A stretch of DNA of 64,000 nt from Octopus bimaculoides (lineage: Eukaryota). Position numbers and translations under genes: made by a program. This document shows, in pieces, positions 50,859 through 63,745 of this stretch. Under the pieces are notes generated by a model. It made no database searches. It had not been told where the DNA came from and was given only the letters and a program-made list of their open reading frames with translations. The stretch lies in the NCBI RefSeq assembly GCF_001194135.2, contig NC_068990.1:14515997-14579996 (forward strand), in the 5' to 3' direction. Position 1 is the stretch's first letter, and each line of letters opens with the position of its first letter.

Positions 50859-51100
50859 GGATGTATACACACATATACATTCATATGTATACACATATAT
50901 ATACATATACATACGTTTTAATATACATACATAGACATATATATACACACACATATATACACTCACACACATACATACATACATACATGCATACATACAT
51001 ACATAGATACATACAGACAGACAGACAGACAGACATACATACAGACAGACAGACAGACAGACATACAGACATACAGACATACAGACAGACAGACAGACAG
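50738..51100. repeat. (AAAG)n followed by (TA/CA/TACA/GACA)n compound microsatellite
   Basis: Direct. Confidence 0.95.
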
Positions 51101-51479
51101 AGGAGGAGAGAGAAAGAGAGAGCAAATATAGGAGAAATTATGATAAAACTAGTTCCTATATACGTTTCACCATTGTGGTTGTTTGGAACTCAGCATTGGA
51201 AATTTCAAGTGTAATCCAATGCTTAACTATAAAGGAATACTTTATTTGCTTTGTATAGCATAACTAGTAATACTAATAAGTATAATGGCAGCTTGACTAC
51301 TATACTGGAAGCAGTATAGCATGCACCCCCACCCTATCACACTACCACCCTTACTTCATCATAATCATCAGTCTTGGAAGCTCTACATAACATCATACCT
51401 GTTTCTTCTCATTTTCTGGGAAAATCATTAAAAAGTAATGAAAAACACATAAAACAGAAATAAAGTTGTTGGTACATAC

Positions 51480-51806
51480 CATGAGCTTCAATCATAATAT
51501 AAGTCCCGACTTCTTTAATTGTAAAATTTGCCATCGGTGTACCTTCGGGAGCCTTGTTGTTGATTGTGTATGTTATATTGGTCCCTCTTGCTAAATTTAT
51601 AATGGTGTCATAAATCAGGAATTTCACAGATTTGGTACAAGAATAGCCAAGGGTACCACAGGGTACATTTTCTGTAGTCACTTGGAAAGTTCCTCCTGTT
51701 TCATTACAGAAATCCTGAGCTACGATATAAGCACATGCTCCTTGGAAGTTGTATGGTTTCCCATCAAATGTCACATAATGAGGATCTCCAAAAGCTTCAC
51801 AAGTGG
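51480..51806 (-). CDS. Exon 7: VWD domain N-terminal part (GDPH)
   Basis: attacag|...|gtatgt; TCEAFGDPHYVTFDGKPYNFQGACAYIVAQDFC...ENVPCGTLGYSCTKSV; phase 1/1. Confidence 0.95.
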
Positions 51807-52889
51807 CTGTAATAAAAGTAACAATAAATCATATAGGCTTTTTATTGAAGACAAAATATAATTGTCTATAATATTATTCTGCCTGTCAGGACATATGTTA
51901 GAGTGCTATGCTTTAAACAGCCTTAACTGTGTAACAAAATTGAAGTCATGAACAATCTCTGGTTTGATGAAACAAGTTTTCATGGTATGTTTTTAACAAC
52001 TTTAACAATGGAATGAAATTAAAAACAGACCTAATTAAAATCCCTAAAATAATGAAACAGTGTTATGATAATCTATATCTAATCTACTACTCTATTCACA
52101 TCTGTCATGTCAATGATCTTCTCTTAGTTAATCTTAAGATTAAGCAAACCAGAGGAAACTTATCACCATTCCAGTTTTAACATCTAATTTCCATGCTTGC
52201 ATGGGTCCAACAAGGTTTACTGAAACATTCTTTTGAAGCCAGATGCTCTTCCTGTCACCAACCCATACCTGTTTCCCATGACCAGGCATGTTTACATCAA
52301 ATATCAGAAATGAATGACATTCATTTACGTCAGTCACATGATTCACAAAACAAGTTTCTTTGAGTTTCTATCTACCAAATCCACTCACAAGTCTTTGGTC
52401 AGCCCAGGGTTATAGTAGAAGACAATTGCCAGAGGTGTTATGTGGTGGGACTAAACACAAAACCATATGGTTAGGAAGAAAACTTCTTAACCACAATACA
52501 ATGCCTGAGCCAATATACATCAATATCATTTTCATTAAGACTGGATAATTTAAACATCCCTGCAGCATTTGAATCAGAACGTGAAGTTTGAAGAAATGCC
52601 ACTAAACATTTTTTCAAGCACAGTAACAACTCTGCCAGCTCACCGTCTTATGTCTATACAAATATTATTTCAAATTTTTCCACAAGAGCAGGGTGAAAGG
52701 ATGAAAGGCAAAGTCGACCTTGGCAGAATTTGAACTCAGAATGAGCGACAGACTAAGCATTTCGCCTGGCATGCTAACAGTTTTGCGAACAATTTTGCCA
52801 GTTCACTGCCTTATATCTATAGAAATATAATAACAAAAAGATATACTGACTGAAAAAAACGAAATTGAAATAATAGTAAATTATATTAC

Positions 52890-52936
52890 CTGCACAATGA
52901 CGTTCGGTACATTTCCAGGTTCCATGTTTACAATAA
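52890..52936 (-). CDS. Exon 6: E' end
   Basis: ctttcag|...|gtaata; YCKHGTWKCTERHCA; phase 2/1. Confidence 0.88.
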
Positions 52937-52999
52937 CTGAAAGAGGGACCAGTATCATCTCAGAATTACAATATAGAAAGGTACGTTTTATTTTTTTTT

Positions 53000-53176
53000 T
53001 ATTTCAGATACTGGACAGTGGCCATGCTAGGGCACTGTGTTAAAGGGTTTTAGTTGAACAAATAGATTCCGGTATTACTTTTTTTAAAGTCTAGTATTTA
53101 TTCTATCAAGCTGTCTTACTGACCTGCTAAGTTACAGGGACATAAACAAACCAACTATCAGAGGGGACAATCACAA

Positions 53177-53208
<32 letters not shown>

Positions 53209-53360
53209 TATAAAGAGCTTTCACATAGTTTCCATCTACCAAATTCACTCACAAAACATTGGTGGCCTGGTGTTACAGTAGAAGACATTTATTTGCCCAA
53301 GATGCCACACAGTGGGACTGAACCCAAAACCACTTTGGTTGCAAAGCAAGCTTCCAAACC
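53000..53360 (-). mobile_element. SINE family B, diverged (further fragments at ~7340, 28480, 33030, 43855, 49595, 52350, 61115, 62615)
   Basis: Shared head, CORE-like and tail segments. Confidence 0.7.
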
Positions 53361-53774
53361 ATATAATCATAATATATGATGTTCATCATATGTCACACAA
53401 AGTTCTCTAACATGCTTTGTTAATCTCAGACAGGACTGGGCTATAATTTTTATGACAGCTTTTCTCATATTAATGATAAACACACTAGTATTTAGGATAA
53501 ACACTGATGACTTTTAAATTATCTGTTGCTCATTTTCATTAATTCTTTATGTCTATTCTGAAATGCTAGCAATTGAATTATAGGTAGGCTCATGTTGTTT
53601 GTAATGACGGCGTTACTGAAATCCAGAGAAAGACTTGATATTATAGTACTGTTTATTAGAAACACTTGTTAATTTTACTGTGCTCTGATACCAATAGCAA
53701 TAAATTAATACTACAGTGTGAAGTTCATAAGTATAAATAAGCTGGAATGCTGTGGGTGGCGGGGAGAACCTGAA

Positions 53775-54098
53775 GACACATGGCATAGTGATTAGGATAT
53801 TCAGCTCATGATTATAAGGTCATGAGTTCAATTCTTGAGCGTGTTGTGTCTGCGAGCAAGATACACTTTATTTCAAGTTGCCCAAGTTCACTCAACTGGC
53901 AACAATGAGTAGTGCTTGTATTTCAAAGGGCTAGCCGTGTCACAGTCTGTGCCATGCTGAATCTCCCTGAGAACTACATTAAGGGTACACGTGTCTGTGG
54001 AGTGCTCAGCCACTTGCACATTAATTTCACAAGCAGACTGTTCCATTAATCGGATAAACAGGAACCTTTGTTGCCATGACTGGTGGAGTGCCAATAAA
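53775..54098 (+). mobile_element. SINE with the family-C 3' body but a different head (second, partial copy at 43230-43420)
   Basis: Head ...gagttcaatt...gagcaagatacactttatttc; 3' part matches family C. Confidence 0.7.
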
Positions 54099-54834
54099 AA
54101 GAACTTGAGGTTTCAGGACTGCTCTTTAATCTAACAGAAAGAGAAAGTAGTGAATGAGAGAGAAAGAGAGAGAGAGAGAGATGCAACTGATTATAATATA
54201 GTACATGTACTTATCCAAAGACCAGAACTTCACTATACAACTAACACAGACCACCATAGGTTTCATATAGCACTGTTGCTTTTAACAAACTCTAATACGT
54301 GATAGCTACTAACAGTTACACAATTAAGATCATTGAAAGTTAAGTATCTTAACAGTAAACAAATCACAATACCAATGGTAGGATATGAACCTCTGACAGC
54401 TTAGACAGCTACCTTCACCCATTATAACACCTATGAAGGAGTGTTATTCATTACTCCTTCAATTGATAAGCTACAACGCTAACAATTTAATTGGCTGAGG
54501 CACTCACCACAAATATTAAATATTTAAATAAGGAAACATTCAAGTAATAATCAGTTATTATGAAGTAAACTACATTTCATCACAAAGGGGACGTATGAAT
54601 CAAATGGAGTCCCCCTACTCATCTAGGAGGACAGTAACTTCAAATAACTGCTTGGGATCTAACAAGCCATCCAACTTATGACAGGATAAAAATAGTGATG
54701 TCAGTAGATTGGTCACAGTTGGAGATGTTAGTAGATTGGTCACAGTTGATCATAAATTTGTATGATCAACATCGATTTAGGGTTAAACAGTAACTATTTT
54801 TTTTTTCTAGCATTAGCTTGAAACATGAATAATC

Positions 54835-55090
54835 AAGTACAAATATAGATGGGCTGGCCACATCGCACAACTGAAGGACAACAGATGGAGAATCCGGGTG
54901 ATGGAATGGACAGCAAGACAATGGACAAGATCAAAAGGCTGACCAAAAACAAGATGGCGAGATAATCTCACCTGTTACCTGTGGCCTATATGGCCACAAC
55001 TAGGCTGGAGACATTTGGCAGTGGAAGGAATTTAGGGAGGACTTCCTCCTTCAAGAGAGATGAAGCCCTAGATATCGGACACTGGATATG
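54835..55090 (+). mobile_element. RTE-like LINE 3' fragment
   Basis: YRWAGHIAQLKDNRWRIRVMEW...SKG*PKTRWRD. Confidence 0.75.
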
Positions 55091-55163
55091 AATAATTTGT
55101 TTAATATACAATATTTCAGCAATAAAAAATAAAAAAGAAAGAAGAAAATCTTTTGCAACTAAC

Positions 55164-55404
55164 CATTGGTTGCAGTCTTTTTTAATTTTGTCACCATTTT
55201 TGTACTGATATCCCAGATGGTTACAAGGACACTCAGAGGGTTCAACGCAATTTTGACTGTCTTTGTTGAGTTGTACTTTACCTTCAGGACAGATACAACC
55301 TTGCTGGCTGCATGTAGCAACACAATCAACATTGAGGCTATCACAAGTTCGAATACAATCAGAGCAGTTGCTCCATACCATATCACCAGAACATAGGTCA
55401 TGAA
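55164..55404 (-). CDS. Exon 5: TIL' and start of E'
   Basis: tttctag|...|gttagt; HDLCSGDMVWSNCSDCIRTCDSLNVDCVATCSQQGCICPEG...CPCNHLGYQYKNGDKIKKDCNQ; phase 1/2. Confidence 0.92.
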
Positions 55405-56376
55405 CTAGAAATTAGAAATGAAATGTTAGTTTTCAAAACCAAAAGTCTATTACAATTTATGCATGAAAATATATGGTTTTCAAATTTTGGCACAAAACCA
55501 GCAATTTTGAGTGAGTGGATAAGTCAATTACATTGCCCCCAGTGCTCATCTGATACAAAGTCGACCTCAGTGAAATTTGAACTCAAAAAGTAAAGTTGGA
55601 CAAAATACACTAAGCATGTTGCCCGGTGCCAAAGATCCTGCAAGCTCATGCTTTAATGCATGAAAATAAAATTCTTCTGAACTAAAAACCTTTTTCTAGC
55701 ATGAAAATGATAGAGTCATGAACTGAATTAATTCAGCTATGTCACTAGTATTTATTACATTGACCACACTAAAAGATGAAGTTAATACTGCTCTGACTGA
55801 AGTTAAGTGAAGGAGGACCTACAAAACTAGTTACAGTAAAACTTCAGTTCATATTTCTACAGACTTCTTTCCTCAACTAAATAGATTTGTGTATTGATAT
55901 ATATTTATGTAGATAAATATATCGACTTAGAACTGTGTCAGTAACCAGGTCGCAGACAGTATGTGGAAAATTTTGACACCAAGTAATAAATGATTAAGTG
56001 AAATCAACAGTTTCTGTGTTTCTAAATGGCTAAACGGACTCTTCCATACTGCAATCATTTTAGTTTCAACACATTGTCTCAGATGAAATCACTTGCCAGA
56101 CATGTACAACTCTAAAATATATCAACTTTCTTTTCTATTTATTTTCGTGTTCTAAAAAAGAAAGGTAGCATCTTCACAAATTGATGAGACAATCTTTGAG
56201 AGAGATATAAAATAGGAGTGGATGAGCTAGATGGGTCTAATTAACTTAAAAGTTAACATGTCTTAACTCTGAGTGAAATTAAATTAAATTTAAGATGGAT
56301 AATTTAAAACAAATTTATTAATCTAATATTTGTATTTTCCAAACAAAACAAGACTTCCCAGTTAAAAAGTTATGAG

Positions 56377-56420
<44 letters not shown>

Positions 56421-56708
56421 CTCATAACTTTTTAGATATAGATATAGATATAGATATAGATATATATATAGATATACATATACATATATAAAATTAACAG
56501 AATGAGATAAAAATCTGAAATCTTTCACAGCCTTGGATTTTTATCTCATTCTGTTAATTTTTTATATATATGCATGCTAATATATGACCTACGTTAGACT
56601 CCTCATTCGCATAATCACCGACCCTGGAGCTTAACTATAGTCTGTCCATAGCACTTACTCAGCATTACCTGACACCTTTGGGTCTTCTTGATACCATTAC
56701 CTCTCATT

Positions 56709-57200
56709 NNNNNNNNNNNNNNNNNNNNNNNNNNNNNNNNNNNNNNNNNNNNNNNNNNNNNNNNNNNNNNNNNNNNNNNNNNNNNNNNNNNNNNNNNNNN
56801 NNNNNNNNNNNNNNNNNNNNNNNNNNNNNNNNNNNNNNNNNNNNNNNNNNNNNNNNNNNNNNNNNNNNNNNNNNNNNNNNNNNNNNNNNNNNNNNNNNNN
56901 NNNNNNNNNNNNNNNNNNNNNNNNNNNNNNNNNNNNNNNNNNNNNNNNNNNNNNNNNNNNNNNNNNNNNNNNNNNNNNNNNNNNNNNNNNNNNNNNNNNN
57001 NNNNNNNNNNNNNNNNNNNNNNNNNNNNNNNNNNNNNNNNNNNNNNNNNNNNNNNNNNNNNNNNNNNNNNNNNNNNNNNNNNNNNNNNNNNNNNNNNNNN
57101 NNNNNNNNNNNNNNNNNNNNNNNNNNNNNNNNNNNNNNNNNNNNNNNNNNNNNNNNNNNNNNNNNNNNNNNNNNNNNNNNNNNNNNNNNNNNNNNNNNNN
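56709..57200. other. Assembly gap (other N runs: 4706-4723, 9747-9982, 11584-11593, 29540-29819, 49088-49187)
   Basis: N runs, mostly next to (TA)n. Confidence 0.99.
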
Positions 57201-58505
57201 TATATATAATAATAATAATATTATCTTTATCTTATGATATTTACTTTGTTTTATATTATACTCATTTATTGTGCTTTTAATTATTAATTTTTCTATATGT
57301 GATAGTGGATTTTCATTGATGAGTTCTTGAAACTTGGTTATTTTCCCTAAAACTATATATATTATATATATATATAAATATATATATGTATGTATGATAT
57401 TTACCACGTATGATGAAAAAATATGAGAAAGATATGGTATATAACTTTTTTGTGCAGGGGTTCCTTGAGAAATGTAATTTATTTTAAGGGTTATGCAAGG
57501 ATAAAAGGATAAGAAACGCTGATCTAAAGAGAGAAGTTTGTTAAAGCAGCCAGTCACTTTGAATTGTTAGAATTGACAAGAAGCTGTGAGAGAACATTTT
57601 ATACAAAGCAAGTTACAATAGCTACTAAGAATACAACCAAAGAAATAAAATTGGTTTAATGTCTGGCTTTCAAATACTCAAGTCATAACCATTTGAAAGT
57701 TGTATTTGTTTTCACTAATGTTTCCTTGAAATGAATATATTAAAATAAAATAAAAAGACTGCCAGTTTCCGCTGTTGCCAAAAATATATAGAAGTGATTA
57801 TGGAGAAGACAAGAAGAACAGGAAGTGTTTGTTAATATCATAATCATATGATAGATTATAGCAAAATGGCTTGGAAAGAATATCTGTCAAATTTTCTTCA
57901 AAGCACGCACTACTATGATGGAAAAAAAAAAAAAAAAAGAGGCAAACATTGGAAATGTAACCCTAGATATATTATACTCAAGAAAAATATGTGCGGAAGA
58001 TCACAGTGGAATGGACTGACCTGAGGTCAAGCAACTATGAAATTAATTATTGCAAGCCTTTTTAGACATATTTTAGTCTCAATGTGAAAGATTTTTTCAA
58101 GTTGTAGCCCAAATATAATGAGAAAAGGCATATTCAGTGACCATGTTATAGTTATTTTAAGCATTGTTATTGGATGTTGTTGTTTAGCCCCAAATTTTCC
58201 CAGATCAAGCAGATCTATAGTCAAGGGCTTTCCAGCCCTGACTATCCCATCATTTTTTTATGCTTCAAACTACACTGTGTAAAGTGTCCTTTGTTTCTTA
58301 AAGACTTGTTTCTTAGTGTGATTTGCAGAAGACTTGGCTGTTATCTCTATTTTATCAAACAGTCACACAAATACCAACTTTGGATTAAATCTAGAGTAAT
58401 GTAGATTTAGCCCTGAGGGATTTAATTCATTGGTCCCTTAAGTAGAGCATTTATGTACATTAACTGGTATATAAGATGAAGGAATTTAGAGCAATTAATA
58501 CAAAC

Positions 58506-58552
58506 CATTGCAGCTTTCAGTTGTACATTGCCAGTGACCATCAATGCAGATA
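58506..58552 (-). CDS. Exon 4: E module end
   Basis: tttctag|...|gtttgt; ICIDGHWQCTTESCN; phase 2/1. Confidence 0.85.
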
Positions 58553-59449
58553 CTAGAAATAAAAATAAAGAACATCACAGAAAATATAAACCTTTTTTAT
58601 AAAGTAGTGAATTGTATGGACTTGGTTAGTTTCTTTTTCCATGTAATCATTCTAGTTTGGGCTCTCTCCAGTGGTTTCCATTTCTTTTTTTGCAGATGAA
58701 GAGAGTTGCAGAAGGTGGGGGGTGATAACTTAGAAGAGGAAGGGTAGTACCCATGATCCATTTCAGAACCTTTGGGATAGACTGGAGGTGGGGAGTTATC
58801 TTCAGACCAAAGATCTGGTTCAGATGCTTGCAGCAGAGTGGACTCTGCTACAAAATGGACCAGGACCAGGTGGTGCCGCTAAACCAGATGAAAGATAAAG
58901 ATAAAAACTGCTGCTTGAGAATAGACACAGTCTTTCCACTGACATGCTTCCAAGCAGTTTCCATCTGCCAATGTTTCAGTTGGTCTGAGGATGTGGTAAA
59001 AGCAACATTTGCCCCATCCATGAGTCATACAGTGGGATTGAACAGATAGCTGCAGTTGTCATGGCCCAAGGGGCAATGAGTATCAAATTCAGTAGAGACA
59101 TAAACAAAATGCCTGAAATATCTACATACATACTTTTATGCTGTGGGTTCAAATCCTACTATGGTCAACTTATATCTTTTAACTTTCCAGGTTCAATAAA
59201 ATAATTAGTAAAGTACTGGAAATTTCTGGTCTTATACTATTGTAAGAAATTGTTACTTATTATAAGTCCTCACCAAGTTTTTCAAGTATCACTCAAAGTG
59301 GAAGGTGAAAGTTGAATGGGAAATTCTGCCTTAAGCAAATTTGATGGGAAATAGGGGACAATAATAATGATGACAATGGCAGTGATGAAGATTATAATAT
59401 AGTTATATAATGATAACTATAATGAAGATGAAAATTTCATGTAACATAC

Positions 59450-59565
59450 CATTCATTACACAATTCCTGTCTGGAAGATTTTGGTTCATAATATTCATTT
59501 CTGTAGTAACATTTACATTCTTCAACTGGCACACAAACATTATCTTCTTCATCATATTTTTCTCC
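59450..59565 (-). CDS. Exon 3: TIL end / E module
   Basis: ttacag|...|gtatgt; GEKYDEEDNVCVPVEECKCYYRNEYYEPKSSRQELCNE; phase 0/2. Confidence 0.9.
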
Positions 59566-59859
59566 CTGTAAAATTTAAAATTTAAATTATATTAAATCAG
59601 TCTGAATCAAAAGAAAACAAATCAACAACAATAACAACAACAGCAACAACAACAATAATAACTGTCTCAGATTTGGCACAAGGTCAGCAATTTTAGGAGA
59701 AAGGGTTGGTCGATTACAACAACTCCAGTACTCGACTAATAATTTTATTAATCCCCAAAAGGATGTAAAGCAAGGTTGACCTTAAGACGATTTAAACACA
59801 GAATATAAATAATAATAATAAAAATAATAACAATAATAATAATAATAATAATAATAACA

Positions 59860-60085
59860 ACATGGAAAGAAATACAACAAGTAACTGCAGAATGTGGGGA
59901 GATGGAGAAGAAACAATAAATCATATTGTCTCTGGTTGCCCAGTCCTCGCTAAGAAGGAATATATTCACAGACACGACAGAATTGGGACCTACATACACT
60001 GGAAGCTATGCCAACACTATGGAATAACCACAGAAAAAAGATGGTATGGGGACATGCCAGAAAAAGTCACAGAAAATGAGAATGA
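59860..60085 (+). mobile_element. R4/Dong/NeSL-type (restriction-like endonuclease) non-LTR fragment, CCHC region
   Basis: CRMWGDGEETINHIVSGCPVLAKKEYIHRHD...HWKLC; abuts (TAA)n. Confidence 0.75.
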
Positions 60086-60139
60086 AGATTTTTTCTACTA
60101 TAAGCACTAAGTGGGGATGGGGAAAATTGTAAGAACCTC

Positions 60140-60735
60140 AGATAGACTACCTTGTGGTATTTATTCCAGTTCTATACATTCTGAGATTAACTCCCACCAT
60201 GGACTATTCGAGTAGTAGGCTTCATCCATTTCCCCAGTTTCTCTCTACTAACTGGGCAGGTGCTCCAGTGGATTGTTTAACTCTGTTGGACCACATTCAA
60301 CACTGTATTTTTAATACTATTAGTCCTGATCTATCTTCTAAATTGGATTCATTCCCTCATCATCGTCATGTGGCTTCCTTATCTCTTTTCTATAAGTATT
60401 TCCATGGACTTTGTTCAGCTGAGCTCTCTTCTCTGGTTCCTCCTTTAAGAACTTATCAGCGATCAACTAAACTTGCATCCAGTTCTCATCAGTATACTGT
60501 GTGACCGCCTAAGTGTTGTAAAGCACTTTACAATACCAGTTTCTTCCCTTGTCCCTCAGAACTTTGGAATTCCTTTCCACAGTCTTGTTTTCCTCTTCAA
60601 TATGACCTCCAGTCTTTTAAGTCTAATGTACATCATCACCTATTGACTTCTGTCTCACATCCATTTTATTTTAGTAGCTCTTACATTTACAGTGGTCTAA
60701 GGATCTTGTTACGAGTGAATGCTTTAAAAAAAAAT
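60140..60735 (+). mobile_element. CR1/L2-group LINE 3' fragment with poly(A) end
   Basis: WAGAP...LLDHIQ...HHRHVASLSLFYKYFHGLCSAEL...LWNSFP...YDLQSFK. Confidence 0.75.
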
Positions 60736-60919
60736 GGTGTCTTTGGTGGAATCTACTCTGCTGCAAGCATTTTGGCCAGGTTTCTGATTTCAGAATACCT
60801 TTCCCATCCATTCCACTTGTCTTGTAACCCCCATAGTAGATCTTGGGAACTGCCAGCCCTTCTTATTAAATGATAAAATAAAAGTAAAAATCTGAAATAA
60901 ATGTATACTGATGACTTAC

Positions 60920-61041
60920 AGGTGGGCAATTACAGCCTTCAATACATTCTTCCTCACAATTCTGTGGTTGAATTCCTCGACAAGTTTGGTCACAGTTATA
61001 ACCACATTCCTGATAAATCATACCCTTTGTACAGTTGATGA
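60920..61041 (-). CDS. Exon 2: TIL domain
   Basis: ttttcag|...|gtaagt; INCTKGMIYQECGYNCDQTCRGIQPQNCEEECIEGCNCPP; phase 1/0. Confidence 0.92.
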
Positions 61042-61504
61042 CTGAAAATCAAAATTAATACAGACATTCAAAATCAAGCGGATGTTAAACGATGATGATG
61101 ATGATGATGATGATATATTTACACACACACAATGGGCTTATATACAGTCTATGCTTACCAAATTCACTCACAACAAGGCAGTGATCAGCCAGGGCCTACA
61201 GTAGAAGACACTTGCCCAAAGGGCTGAGAAGTGGGGACTGAACCTGAAATCGCATGATTGCAAAGCAAGCTTCCTAACCACACAGCCATGTTTGCTTCTG
61301 CACAAGTCGTAAACACCCACTTTGACTGACAGCAGCTGAATCGACTTGAGGCTTTGATAAAAGACTATTTGCCCAATATGTTCTTGCAATAGAATTGAAC
61401 CCCTAGCCACAGGGTTTCAAAGTGACCTGCTTAACAACACAATCATGGCTGTGACTAAAATATATTTCTTAAATGGAGTCCTTTTTTGTGCATGTGTGTG
61501 CATG

Positions 61505-61922
61505 CATGTGCACAGCTACAACTATCTGCACACACACTCACACACTCACACACATACACAAACACATACACACTCACACACACATACACACACGCACATA
61601 CACACACAAACACACTCACACTCACACAATCACACATACATACACACACACAAACACTCATACACACAAACACACACACAAACACTCACACACACAAACA
61701 CACTTATTCACACACACACACACACACATACACACACTCACATATACACACACACACACATACACACACTCACATATACACACACACAAACACACTCACT
61801 CACACATACACACACACAAACACACTCACATACACAAACACACTCATTCACACACACTCACATACACAAACACACTCATTCACACACACTCACACACACA
61901 GACACATACACACACACAAACA

Positions 61923-61974
<52 letters not shown>

Positions 61975-61975
61975 C
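61505..61975. repeat. Long imperfect (CA)n tract
   Basis: Direct; explains the His/Thr ORFs. Confidence 0.95.
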
Positions 61976-62230
61976 ATTCTCTCATACTTTTCAAATATGT
62001 TAAATGAGAAGAAACTGAGGAACAAGTCTGTGTCTTTCTTCATGCAGAAAGCAAACTGTATGAATTATATCTGAAACAGTAGAATTACTTAATAGCAGAA
62101 TGGGGAATTTGTGAAGGCTAGAAAGAAATGTTAGCTGCATGATATTATCCTGTATGTAAAGTAGAGCTTAAGCCATGTGCCTTCCAAATGCTTAATGCAT
62201 ACACTAATGAGAATAAAGGTTGTTACTTAC

Positions 62231-62419
62231 AACAAAGGTTGCTTTTTCTCCAGTTCAATGTGATGCCCTTCAAGACACAGGCTCGTGCATAAGTGGCAAA
62301 AGCTGCACATTCACAATCTCTGGGGTCTCCATGACGTTGACCACACATGCAGACATCATGTTTACATTGGTCGACAAATTTACTAGGGTTCACAGCAAAG
62401 TGGCAAGATTTAAAGGATT
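62231..62419 (-). CDS. Exon 1 (window numbering): C8 domain
   Basis: ttttcag|...|gtaagt; SFKSCHFAVNPSKFVDQCKHDVCMCGQRHGDPRDCECAAFATYARACVLKGITLNWRKSNLC; phase 1/1. Confidence 0.92.
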
Positions 62420-62877
62420 CTGAAAATAGTAAAAAAAATTAAAATTTCATAATTAAAATGAAAGTTTCTAACCACAAAATAAAAAAATTAATAATATTCA
62501 ATCAGCAATTTGTTACTGTTTCATAATTTAATAAATATTTATTTTTTATTTTATTTTTCAATATTTCTTCCAAAATATTTCCAGAAATCTATAATTTAAT
62601 ACCAATATATCATTTCCCTTATTATCATGGACTGTAGACATGCTGGGGTACAGCCTTGAAGACTTTAGTCAAACTAATTGACCCCAGTACTTAGCTGTTC
62701 AGCAAAAGAAACTGTTAGAATGAGTACCAGATTTAGAATATACAGGGATACAAACAGACCAATACTGGCTGTCAAGTGATGGTGGAACAAAGAGAAAAAC
62801 ACACATACATATATAGTTACAGACATACAACAAAGTTCCACAGGACAAATACTGCAAATATTAGCCTATCAACATTA

Positions 62878-63745
62878 CGTAGTATGATCAAAAAGTATCC
62901 GGATTGTTGCTATAGTAACGAAACTAAAGAATGCAGAGTAAAGTTGCTTAGCACAAATAAACCTTGGACTCTACTGTGCATGCACACTAAGTTTAAACAT
63001 TCTAGCTCACTTCCACTGTTTACAGCAGTGCTTGGAAGAAAGGTGTGTAATGTGTGATCATTGCATTGATCATAACAGATAAATTTGAGCAGAGAATCTA
63101 CATCAAATTTTGCCAAAAGCTTGGTGATACCTGCTCACAGGCCCACGCAATGTTTTCAAAATGTTTTCATTATTCTTGACACAATCAAAATCTTGTGCAA
63201 CTGAAACCCAAGTGTCTTTTCGGTCAACTGAAAGCAGTTTTGGCACAAACTTGGCAGATATACGCCTCATTACCAAATCATCAGTGATAATGGACCGAAC
63301 TGAAGAACCGTAACTAATCTGCACATCCTCTGATAACTCACAGATGGTGATTCAACAATTTCCCCTCACAGCTGCATGCACATCTGCAATGTTTTTCTCA
63401 GTTCTGCTGGTTGTGGGTCTCCCAGAACGTTAGTCATTATCAACATTTCTTCAGCCAACTTGGAAATGTCTGAACCACTTGTACACTCGAGTGCAGCTCA
63501 TACATTCCTCTCCATCCACTTTCTGCAACTTTGCATCGGCCTCTGTCATTGTCAATGCAATGATCACACTCTACACACCTTCCTTCCAAGCACTGCTATA
63601 AACAGCGGAAGTGAGCTAGAATGTTAAAACTTAGTGCACATGCACAGCAGAGACCAAGATCGATCTGTGCCAAGTGGCTTTACTCTACGTGCTTTAGCTT
63701 CGTTACTATGGCAACTGTCCAGATACTTATTCATCAGACCTCATG
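62878..63745. mobile_element. Non-autonomous fold-back mariner derivative made of two inverted 5' ends (~200-bp inverted arms)
   Basis: Left arm tacgtagtatgatcaaaaagtatccgga... matches rc of right arm (atgaggtctgatgaataagtatctgga...); TA flanks; N-terminal transposase fragments on both strands (EQRIYIKFCQKLG; RSGRP...ISAKFVPKLL). Confidence 0.85.

Noticed and set aside
61445-62074. His/Thr-rich ORFs of 170-210 aa
   Set aside because: Translation of (CA)n; the same applies to 45696-46184, 17278-17697 and 50646-51214
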